Below the pieces are notes generated by a model. The model did no database searches and was not told the origin of the DNA. It saw only the letters and a program-made list of their open reading frames with translations. Positions 35,326 through 47,900 of a stretch of DNA of 64,000 bases are shown piece by piece. The position numbers and the translations under genes are program-made. Source of the stretch: Tubiluchus corallicola (lineage: Eukaryota; Animalia; Priapulida); the NCBI GenBank assembly GCA_030141605.1, contig JAQGDQ010000189.1, forward strand, positions 248,001 through 312,000. Reading direction: 5' to 3'. Numbering within the stretch: the first letter of the stretch is position 1; each line of letters opens with the position of its first letter.

Positions 35326-35902
35326 TGTGATGTCATGTGATGGTTGTAGTTAAAATGCTTATTCTCTAGGTGTAAGAAAACCAGCTTAGGCTCAATACTT
35401 GAAGTAATCAGGTGCAAATCAGTGACACAAACACAACATTAAATTAACACAATTTTATTAGTACGTATGAATTTGGCTATATATACATACACAAGTTTAT
35501 ATCGGCAGGTTTGTAATGCACACTAGCTTAGGCTTATAAATAATTGTACATTTTGTGGTATTTTATAAACTCAAGTTAAAATCTGAAAAAACAACAACGC
35601 TATGTGATTGCATTGGTTAGAGATTGCTGGCATCATTTTGCTACGTTTGAGAACAATACTGCAAAAAAGAATGGTACAACACTAAATAATTGCCATAAAT
35701 TTGTGGCCGATGTCACGAAAACATAACGGTAAAAGTTGATTTTCTTTGAAAAGCGGAAAATGAGAGTTTTCTGGGGAGCGAGGAGGAGCTTTTCCAGCAC
35801 AGTTGACTGGAAAGATTTCCGTAACGGCTGCCGTTTAGCGCTCTCCTGCTTGTAGCAACCATATTCTGTTGTGCAATTTTCATACATTTACGGAATGACA
35901 GA

Positions 35903-38900
35903 TTACAGTAGCACACCGTGTCGACCTACGTAATCGCAGAGTTGCGAACGTGCCACCAGGAGGCGACGGATATGCCTCGGATCGTTGATGCCGCATTTCT
36001 TGAGCTCGGTTTCGGTTAATCGACAAATGTGATCCAAATACTTGTATCCCATTTTCGTCTACAAGCGTAGAAAAAACTGGTTAAAATAATCAAACTTATT
36101 ATGGATAACGTACAATACTTAGTGTATTCAAGTAAGCAGAATCAATGTAAGTGACAAGGGAACAGAGAGAAAGACTGAGAGAGCAAGGGAGAAAGAGAGA
36201 GACAGAGAGGCAGGGTGGGAGGCATAGTGATGGGAGGAAGAAGAGGAGGAAGGGGAGAGAGAGAGAGTAAGAAAGAGAGAGGGAGAGAGCAAGAGAGAGA
36301 GAGAGATGAGTTCAGTTCATAGTAATTATAAGAGTTGATTTCTACTCAGAATGAAACAAATTTACGCTAAAGAATGGCAATGTTTACAGAATATGTACGT
36401 TACCGCACACTTTGTGTATGGTACTGTTTCAAAGTAGCACGAGGAAGACTTACCAGAGCCTGGGTGTACATGGGCAATCCTAGCGAGATCAACCAATCAG
36501 ACAGCGAGGACAGATTGGCAGTGATAGCTGGACTTGTACAGGCATCAACTAGGAAATCATTCGGCACCTGTAAAAACCAACAACCTGATAATAGAAGCTC
36601 ATAAATTCTTACACGGATGTGATATGAAAATCAGCAACAGTGAAGCCCAATCGCTAAACTATTAACTGATAACAAAAGCATCGTTCGTCCACCACTAGCT
36701 AGTTCTAGCATCGTTTGTTCACCACCAGGTAGCTCTAGCGGTGACTGACAATACTACTGAACTGTTGCATTATGTTACGGACAGTGAAAGAGGGGTGAAA
36801 CAATAACGCTAAATATTTTCGGATTAGTAATTAAGTCTGCTCTTTTTCAGCACTACAATTGGCATTGGGGAACTCGATCATTTGTAACAAATCGCCTGTT
36901 ATAAATACTTTGCAGCACTTTAAGTAACACCGAGCAAAATTGTTAGCGGGGCCCACCATAATGAATATTCCGGTTGCCTAACGCAGCGTGAAGCTAACCT
37001 GTTTGACACCCATCTGAATAGGGCGAGCCTGTTCTGAATTCACTTTGCCATGATCGTTGTTAATAAGCCTTTCACATTTACAACAATTGATGATGATCGT
37101 AAAAAAGGCAAAGGTTAAGTGTACCAGACATGCGTTGCTGCCGTACAATGAACCTTCGACCTATAGCCACTGCGCATGTGAACAACAAAATTGTGAAAAG
37201 GCTTATTGCTGCTATTAGTTATTTGTCATTTTTTTGCTAAATTTCTCCAGTTTCTCCTATTTTTCTTCTTATTTTTGAATTTTTGTACTTCATAAAATAA
37301 ATTTTCATTCAAGTTCATCGCACTAAAACCGTTCTGCCGTTTATGTTCATACGGATTTGGGCGCATCCACACCTACCCCGGTTTTACTGCACTCTTCCAA
37401 CTTGCACAGCCTCACTTGGTCCAACGTTTCCGCCATGTCCTGCATGGTGGATTTCAATTCCTCCGCGTACCGTTGCACTAACGCCGGTGGTATTCCGCAC
37501 AAACCCGTCTAAAATGAAAGATAAGACGATAACGCAACGTTCTTAATATCATCTCTGCTTTCTCAAAACAAACCCAGCTCAGACAGGTGACTACACTCCT
37601 ATTTGGGTTTGCCACTCAAAAGTAGGGAGATGGCAGTCTGCATTTACCGATTGTCGGTATTTTCTGATACTAAGCTAATACAGCACTCGCCACATATTAC
37701 ACTCACAGTAATGTAGAATCAATTACTTAATTGTCTCAAAAATGGTTAGTACCTGCCGCTCCTCTGCAAAAGTGTATAAAAACTGTGGACAGTTGTCTCA
37801 AATGACTCAATACATCTACATGGTTAAATTATGAATATTAGATCACTTAAACACGCTGATTAAACTGCTTAAACGCCATACAGGCTACACGCGTGTTGTT
37901 ACACGCTGCTTGGTTACACTGATGTAATGACGTAAATAAAGTTAAGGCCGCCATCTAGCAGTCAGCTCGCGAAACAACGGACTGTGTCCGTAGTACGCGG
38001 GACTTTTTAATGGTCTAGATTTTGTCCGTTCTTTCAATATGCGTAAAAGCGAGGTCCAGCAAACCGAGAAATGTGTATTTGCTCTGACACAAGACTGCTC
38101 TCGGTCCAGATTCGGACCAAGCTCGAACTACGATGCTGTTGCGAACAACGTACTAACATTGGGTACGAGCACTGAACATCTGAATGAGCCTTAAATCAAA
38201 TTCAATTCGAACATAAAATGATGCATTTGAAAATTTTCATCACTTCAGCTACATTCCCTATCATGAAAACATGTGAAATAGCAGGCAATCAGCATAATTT
38301 AGTGGAAGCTCTGCGCAGAATTTTTAAACAAATTATTGGTATTTTTCATCATAATCATCATCATCATACGCCCGTCACGTCTATTGTAGACATTGGGCAG
38401 GCAGAATTCTAAAATAAAAGAAATCTGTCTTCAGACAGGTAAACACAGCAGTAATCCAGCAAAAAAACTAGACACTGCTACGCCAGTGGCTTGTCAGCAC
38501 CACTTCCATTGTATTGGTATTTATACTGCAGAACAAAATTAAGCAATATGCACTATCTTTGCAAGACTGATTTTTACTAATGATTGAAAAATTCATTAGA
38601 AAATCTTCAAAACAGAATTCAGATTCAATTCAGATTCGGGCTGTGGAAGCAGAAAAAACCCCGACGTAAAATGACTGCTTCCATGAGCTACAACTGCAAG
38701 TTTGAAGATACAAGTTTTTTTACAATTGCAGTACTAGCTTTTAGCCAGAGAAGTGGGTTATAAAATTAGATTTTTAGTATTATTTGAACACTTTCTTGAT
38801 AATTTGATGCTAGAACATGAAAGTCCAATGAATTTAGCATTTGTTTTTATAAAAAAACAAAAAAAAAATTTGACAAAATTTTTGATACATTCTACTTTGA

Positions 38901-41900
38901 AGCATCATAACTTAGTTTTGACTATATATCACACGCGTCATTTTACTAGCAAGTTGCATTTGCAAAGAAAAAGAGAAGCTTTACTTCATACCTTGTCCGT
39001 ATAAGGCTCCTCTGATAAATCTATCCGTTCGTCTTGTAATTTGGCTTTTACTAACGACTCGAGGGTGGTGGAAACGGGTCGTGCTTGCCGACACATTATG
39101 AGCGAAGTCGGTCTCGAGGGCGCTTGAGAGGTGTCTGAGCTCTGAAAGTGGTAAAACCTTTGATTACACACAACACTGTTTAGAAGAACATCAACTTCTA
39201 ATGGCTACGCGTTTTTGTTGAAGCAGCAGAATTACAGACATTACGGCTAATTTTAATTTCCAAGCAGTGGCAGCTCATGTATTCACTCAACATAATCGAA
39301 AATATTCAATATAATAAGTTTTTTCCGTAATTTGCACATGTCTGAGCCCAGGTAGAGAAAGTACTGTCGCTCACGCAGTTTGTTGTCAGTTGTCATTTGA
39401 ATTTCCAAGCAGTGGCAGCTCATGTATAGGTACTATGGAACTGCAGCGACCACTGTTTTCACTCAATATTATCGAAAATATTCAATATATTAAGTTTTTT
39501 CTGTAATTTGCACATGTCTGAGCCCAGGTAGAGCAAGTACTGTCGCTCACACAGTATGTTGTCAGTCGAATTTCCAAGCAGTGGCAGCTCATGTATAGGT
39601 ACTATGGAACTGCAGCGACCACTGTTTTCACTCAATATTATCGAAAATGTTCAATATAATAAGTTTTTTCCGTAATTTGCACATGTCTGAGCCCAGGTAG
39701 AGAAAGTACTGTCGCTCACACAGTTTGTTGTCAGTTGTCACATACCGTGATTGGATCAAGCTTGAACTGTGACAATTTAAGCTTTTGGTAAAGGTTTTCA
39801 AAATATATTTCTTTCTTTGGGATTTTATCGCGTTTATGTATAAATTTTTGTACGTTTATATAAAATTACAATTACAATTACAACATTAAAATTACATATG
39901 TTTGTTTTGTTTTGCACAATATTAAAACAATGGCTAAAAGTGAAGTAGCAACCCCATTAATTTTAGCTACGAGTCGCCACTGTTTCCAAGTTGAAATATA
40001 TTTGACTGATGTTACAATTAGTGGCATAGCTAATATATGAGCAAGAAGAGCAACTGCCCCCCCCCTCCCCCAGAGCACATTTTTTTAAACTTGGTGCCTT
40101 TTTGGCAATGAAGTCAATACTTCATTTGACCAACCTGCCACCTATGTTTTTGAAATGAGCGTGTAATTATGCAACTCCTTTGTCAAAGCTGATTGAGATA
40201 AAGAATCAAATTTTTCCCATATATGATTGTTGTAATATATTCTTGTCACACGATTCTCTAGTAGTAGACCGACTGCAATTGATTTTTACATATTGCAAAG
40301 GCAAAATTCAGTGTTATATCATGGCATCTTACGTGCTTGCTCCCCGTAAATTTAGCAGCTGGCTACACCCCTGGTTAAAGATGGTTTAAAGGTCAAAGGT
40401 TAAGTGTACCACACAACGCATTTGTAATAGTAACAGTTTTAACAGCTAGCTGGAACCTTACCTAGTTCATTTTTTCTTGTTTCCAACCAAAATCCTGCTA
40501 GTTAATCACTCTACTCACAGACTAATGCATAATTAAGTAAAGTCTAAAACAACTGAAGTTACTGAACTGGTGCAGCAGACGGCTTTGCGTCACCCACATC
40601 ATGTGATGGTTGTAGTTAAGATGCATTGCTGTGGTACACATAACCTTTGACCTGCAGCAACTATGCGTGCGCATAACGAAACTGTGAACATACAGTATTA
40701 ATAGACAATCGTAGTTGCTATGGACAAATACAGCTAATGTAGCAAGTGGAACACACAATGCATAAAAATATTAAAAATCATTGGTTCTTATACCTCTCTA
40801 CCACTGGAATCTCTTCTGATAACGTGACAGGATACATCCTCCCCATTCACCACATCTTTTAACTGAGATTCTTGCGAGTGAGACTGTGGAATAGGCACAG
40901 GTTTTTGTTTCTTTGGTTGTCGCGGCAACGTCGCCGATTTACCCATCGCCGACTTGGCTGACTTTGCTCCTTTCGCCACCTTGTGGCACACCTTGTCGAC
41001 TTTTGCGTCGATGTCTTTCTTCAAAGAATGCAGCTTTTTTGCTCCGGCCTCGAGCGACTCGCGACTAGTTCGAGATTTTGAGCGAGACGGAGAAGGTGAC
41101 GCGGAAGAGGCCGATTCCTGTCTCTTGCAGACAGACGGCGAATGAGACCGCGACCTCTCTGCCCTTAAATGCAATAAGTCCTGAGCAAGTTTAGTCCGTC
41201 CCAGAATGGCAGCTTTCGACTTCACTTCCTCCGAGATCTTTTTCATCTCGTCCGAAATCCGGCGTCTCGTGTGTCCGGCCTTGACAAGCTTGACTTCCAA
41301 TCTGGAGAACTGGCCAAAGTTTCTTGGCAAAGTGAACGTTTGCTCGTTGACCGAGTCGTTGTACACGTTGACGACAAAAGCGTCGTCCATACTCTGTGCG
41401 CTTCCGGCATCGCTGACCGTACTAAGTGGTCGATTACCAAACTCTGCAACGCTTCTGGGCCGAGGTTTTGTTACTCCAAAACCTTGTCTTCGTAGCACAA
41501 CATTCTGCACTGTGTCCCCTCTTGAGGCACTAAAGACTTTATGCCGCCAGGGAGCGCTTTTGGAAATCACATTTCCTTCGCTACTAAGGCTCGAAGTCGA
41601 AATGCTCATTTGTTCCTCCTGCCTAGCAATACTTCTCTCAAATGACCGTTCAAGCTGACAGTGCAAAGATTTCTCATCTTGCCATAAAATCTCGCTAGCA
41701 GCTTTTGCAGTATTAGGTTTCGTCGTTTCACCGGAGTTTGAGCATTGCTTTGTTATCACGTTTCTCACACATGGTTGATTTTCACACACTTGAGAAGTTT
41801 GCTGATCGCTTGTGCAGTTTGTACGCGTGTCGTCGCACGAAGTCTGATTTAATTTTGAGGTACTGAGTGGTTTGAGAATATTCTCAGGCACAAGTTTACC

Positions 41901-44900
41901 ATTCACTGAACAGTCCGCATCTACCAACTTGAAAACGTCGTCATCGTCACCGCGATCGTCATTTGCAACACACGGTTCACTGGGTAAATGACTTCTGGGA
42001 TCCACAGGAGTTTTGTCGGGGTCTGATATTTCTTCACCTACAAAACAGATAAATATGAAAATGTTGGTAATAACAAATACACCTTAGAAACTTGACCCTT
42101 CATTTCATTTCACTTCAACCATAACCCTAAATCTAGCCCTAACTCAACCCTAACCCAACTATAACCCTAAATCTAGCCCTAACCCTAACCCAACCGTAAC
42201 CCTAAATCTAGCCCTAACCCTAAGCCTAACCTAAACTTAACCCAACCTAACTCTAAACCTAAATCTAGCTCTAATTCTAACCAAACCCAAACCTAATCCA
42301 ACCGTAACCCCAAATCATACACTTAGCCCAAACCCTAATCTCAAATCTAATCCTAATCCGCTTCATGCACCAATTTCTTGTGTGAGGGAAATTTTAAACT
42401 TCAGTCAAGACTCACACTGCAGCACAAAGCAAAAAAATCTCCATGCTCACTGTCAAGACTCACACTGCAGCACAAAGCAAAAAAATCTCCATGCTCACTG
42501 TCAAGACTCACACTGCAGCACAAAGCAAAAAAAATCTCCATGCTCACTGTCAAGACTCACACTGCAGCACAAAGCAAAACAAAAAAAATCTCCATGCTCA
42601 CTGTCAAGACTCACTGCAGCACAAAGCAAAAAAAATCTCCATGCTCACTGTCAAGACTCACACTGCAGCACAAAGCAAAAAAATCTCCATGCTCACTGTC
42701 AAGACTCACACTGCAGCACAAAGCAAAAAAAATCTCCATGCTCACTGTCAAGACTCACACTGCAGCACAAAGCAAAAAAACCCTCCATGCTCACTGTCAA
42801 GACTCACACTGCAGCACAAAGGAAAAAAATTCCATGCTCACTGTCAAGATTCACACTGCAGCACAAAGCAAAAAAATCTCCATGCTCACTGTCAAGACTC
42901 ACACTGCAGCACAAAGCAAAAAAATCTCCATGCTCACTGTCAAGATTCACACTGCAGCACAAAGCAAAAAAAATCTCCATGCTCACTGTCAAGACTCACA
43001 CTGCAGCACAAAGCAAAAAAAATCTCCATGCTCACTGTCAAGACTCACACTGCAGCACAAAGCAAAAAAAAAATCTCCATGCTCACTGTCAAGACTCACA
43101 CTGCAGCACAAAGCAAAAAAATCTCCATGCTCACTGTCAAGACTCACACTGCAGCACAAAGGAAAAAAATTTCAATGCTCACTGTCAAGATTCACACTGC
43201 AGCACAAAGCAAAAAAATCTCCATGTTCACTGTCAAGACTCACACTGCAGCACAAAGCAAAAAAATCTCCATGCTCACTGTCATAGTCTAGCAGAAGTTC
43301 AGCAGCAGTCATAATCTTGGCTCGATCTTCCGTTGAGTGGATTCCGAGCTCATCCAGGTCCAAATCCACGATCTCCTTGAATCGATCCAGCGAATACCCA
43401 TTCAGCATGAAAACGCTGACGTACGACTGAAATAACGATATAAAAACCATTTTATTGCAAAACTTGAAAAGAATTTATTCGAAGTGTGCGGACATTTTGA
43501 AATCTAATCACGAAAATCAAAAAATGGTGGCTCTTGTTAAAACAGAATGTAATTTTGCAGCACAAAATACACAATGTCTAAACATGGTTTAATAACTAGT
43601 TTACAACATTATTATTGCCGAATTATACTAACTGTTCTAACCAACTAATTCTATTACTAGCAAAGGCCCCGCAAAAAATTTTGCGTATAAATACACGTAT
43701 AATCAAAAATGCGTGAACATCCTACATAGTCTTCACTTATAAAGCAAAGCCAGCAGCAGCAGTTTTTACTGAATTAAAATTAAAAGGTTATAGGCAGATT
43801 ATAATGGATGACGTCACAACAATGGATTTGCGTCAGCAGTTTTTCAAGCGAAAATTGCCAAAAATAGAACATCTAATTAACTCGTCGGTACTCCTCTGTG
43901 TACTCCTCGGTATTTTAGTGTCCTAAAATATAACCCACATCATCGTGTAGCCCTGTTCTTCCTCTTTCTAAAGAGCCATATATCTCTTTCCGAAAGTCCC
44001 ACCAGGCGCCGCTAGAACGTTTTTTCCGCATGCTGTTTGGTCAAAATTTCGAAAAAACCGCGAGTTTGGTCCGGGAAAACGCCCGTTGCCTATTTCTATT
44101 ATTCTAACCAGTTCTACAAACCATTCTATTATTGCCGTATGCTACTCAGACTACAGTAGAGGTGAACAAGTCATTTTATTTTTAGTTATCCAAAAAAACT
44201 GCTGTTTGATATTTGATTAAAGGTTCAATTTGTCGTTTTCACAGGCTGTGGTGTGTTGGCTAACGTTGATGTGCGACCCAATCTTGCTTTTTACGAACGA
44301 TGTCTCGAAATTTCGCACAACTTGAACTAATATTCTGGTTCCGAGGTGTTCGAGTTATACATAGCTTGCTGTATGTTGCTTTTTAATCATTGCTTTTACT
44401 GAATTTAAAGACGAACAGTAGTATTATTGGATCGCAATGAATGAAACTTGCTTTGGCAGTAGAAAAAATTAAAACATTTGAAAGACTTTCTACCTCACCT
44501 CTAGTCCGATGCGCTTCAGCATCTCCTCTGTCGATTGAGGTCTGCTCCTACGACACACCTTCTTCCGTGGTCCACGCCGAGGTCTGGGCCGGGTTTCGTC
44601 GGTGTCGCTCATAAGTCGAACGTTGATGAACTTGAAAGTGCCGACGCGTGATCCCAGCATCCCCTTCCAGGTACCGGTCTGGGGCATGCTGATGACGTCA
44701 ATGACGTCACCTTCCTAGATGTAAAAGACAGAGTGGGCGATGTAGCAGTCTGGACAGAGAAGGCGGGACAACTGACGACCTTTTGTAGGGCTTGTGGAGT
44801 TATGTGCGGGTTGCTATAATGAAAATGCATTGGCGGATTTAGGGGGGTGTGCCCAAGGGGCCTGGACCCTTCCTTTCACAGTAACTGTTACAACACACCA

Positions 44901-47900
44901 AATTAATATTTTCTCTGAATTATAAGCATTAGAACAATTTGCTAAATCCTAAAGCATACGAAAATTATGTACATCATGTACATTTCGGTGACTAGAATGT
45001 AAATTATTCAGTAAAGAGAGCATTAGGATGAAAAGAATCCTGTGAATGGCGTGGATTATTTACACATACTCGGTGCGAGTAGTGCTTATAAAGCGCAGGG
45101 TCCGTCAGACTCACAGACCGAAAGTCTAAAGTTACAGACCCTGCACCTAAAGAAGAAACAATGTCTCGCCGGGTATTTAGGTTTCTCATCATTTAATTAT
45201 TTATAAGCCTATCCGTAACACATGTTAGTAGCACAATTTCCATCTTTCAGTCAACAATATTCAACTGAATTGACGAAAACATTGGGTACCTCATTGTTGT
45301 TGCAGCTTCTTAGGAAACGTCTCTTGAGAAGTTGTGCACAGGAATAATGAGTTAACTCATTTTATCATCTAGTAACTTATTTTACTTTAGAGTAAGTTGA
45401 ATGCAACAAAATTTAGCTGTAATCAGTTGGCATGAGTCATGTGATTGCCTTTGCCAGAAGTAAATCAACATGTCATTTGAAGCTAGTGCTCACCTTGGTG
45501 TATTTTGTTTGCTCATTGATTCCTTGTGGTTAAACGATTTAAATAGGCCAAGACTTACACAGGGTAAAGTATAAAAGCTAGTGGTAAACAATTACTTAAT
45601 TCACTGATTAAAAAGCAATTGCTGTTTTTGAATTAACACCTAAATTTTGCATCCTTAATGGCAAAAAACTTTTGAAAAATGGCTTTGTAAACTAACCTTT
45701 TCTTCGACCAAGGCCTGAAAAGCCTAAAATCAACGAAATTAAGCTCCTGACCCCATTGGGGCAGCTTACAAAGCTCACCCAGACCTCCTAGTTGTTTCCT
45801 GTTCTGTTTGCCATGAGACCCCTTACGTAAATAATTACACTTTTAAGCGCTGGGTGCAAGCTAGAACTTGTCAGAATAAATTCCTTAGGCATACTTATCA
45901 TAATGTTTAATGATTACCATACAGGCAGATACTGGATAAAGTAAAATCAGTGATAATTTGCCTGGAGTTTTATTACATGCACAAAAGTACTTACCTTGAG
46001 CTTCAGAGCATCGGTGTCATACGGACTGGGCGTGTAGTCTTTAACAACTCGAGCTCTGGCAACAAAAGGTCCCGTGTAAACTGGTTCATCTAATTTCTTT
46101 GCAACAACGTCGTTCACACCTGAAAATAATGGTAAAGAGTTGCTAACTTCTTGTCAACATACAAAAAACATGTCGCTTGTTTCGATGTTGTTTCTTTAAC
46201 AATTTACTGTCACATTTCCACTGCACCCGCACAGACACGCACTTTTCTGTCCGCACGTTTTACGTCCGCAAAAGTTGTTTACATTTGGGACCGCACTCAC
46301 TCTGTACGACACATCATAAATACGCAAAAATTATAGTGTGAAATTCTAGACATGAGGCTTTCTAGAAGATTTTTATTTTGCTGTGGCAGTTAAAGAAAAA
46401 TGCATTTTTGGCTACACCCAATATCTTAATATCTAAATATCCAATATTTTATTCTCTTTCATTTCTCTTCCTTCTTTCTCCTGCAGGCTCAGTGCCCCGA
46501 CAGGATTTAATGTACTGATTAGTAAACCAAAGCGATTAGCATCAGAGGTACTCGAAATGCAAATAAACAGTGCACATGAAAGGTCATGGTATAATGAAGT
46601 AGTTGAGGCTGCAAAAAATATACCGTAGATGCTAATAAAGAAAGGGTGAAGGTCATGAAAAAGTCTGAATGGAAGAGAGAAATAAAGAATAAGATTGAAT
46701 GTTGTATAAAGAATGAACGTGCAGAAAAATGCAGGAGGAGCACTAAATTAGGATTTTTAAGGCATACCGAGTGGAAATGACAAAATTACATAGACACATG
46801 TAAGTCAGAAGAGGATAAAGATATACTGAAAATAAGACTGAATATGATTAAAGATACGACACATCATAAATACGCAAAAATTATAGTGTGAAATTCTAGA
46901 CATGAGGCTTTCTAGAAGATTTTTATTTTGCTGTGGCAGTTAAAGAAAAATGCATTTTTGGCTACACCCAATATCTTAATATCTAAATATCCAATATTTT
47001 ATTCTCTTTCATTTCTCTTCCTTCTTTCTCCTGCAGGCTCAGTGCCCCGACAGGATTTAATGTACTGATTAGTAAACCAAAGCGATTAGCATCAGAGGTA
47101 CTCGAAATGCAAATAAACAGTGCACATGAAAGGTCATGGTATAATGAAGTAGTTGAGGCTGCAAAAAATATACCGTAGATGCTAATAAAGAAAGGGTGAA
47201 GGTCATGAAAAAGTCTGAATGGAAGAGAGAAATAAAGAATAAGATTGAATGTTGTATAAAGAATGAACGTGCAGAAAAATGCAGGAGGAGCACTAAATTA
47301 GGATTTTTAAGGCATACCGAGTGGAAATGACAAAATTACATAGACACATGCAAGCCAGAAGAGGCTAAAGATATATTGAAAATAAGACTGAATATGATTA
47401 AAGTTAAAGGGAACTACAAGAATGAGTTTCAGGATCAGTTATTATGCCCAGTGTGTGAGGAAGATGATGACACTACTGAACATATGCTTACAGATATTAC
47501 AGATATGTTACAGATATGGAGAATGGGAAAAAATTTTGAACTCAGATGTATTAATGAACAGTGAAAAGGAAGGATTGCTAGAAATTAGAAATCTAGTGAA
47601 CGAATGCATGGAATACAGGATAAAGACATTAAACTGGAAAAAGAAAACTAAAAGATCAGCGTTATAGAAGAATAGACTTTGCACCCTATAAAGGTGCCCG
47701 CCTCTGATAGGTGGAGAGAGTCGAGTATCGCAATCGCAAAGAATCAAAGTATTGGTCGACTTTCACTTGACAATATTTCATTCGGTGGTGAAAGAAAACA
47801 GTGAGCATTTCAATGAAATCTTGTGCGAAAGTTTAAAAAAAACTACTGTGCCTTTTCTCCTTCCTGATCGCTAGTCTATTACAGAATGGTTTGATTTTAC

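Noticed and set aside
42115-42360. Telomere or chromosome-fusion site
   Set aside because: Short, degenerate, single orientation and inside an intron of an intact gene.
42378-43314. Three long + strand ORFs (282-310 aa)
   Set aside because: Artefact of a stop-free minisatellite. All frames give the same permuted peptides.
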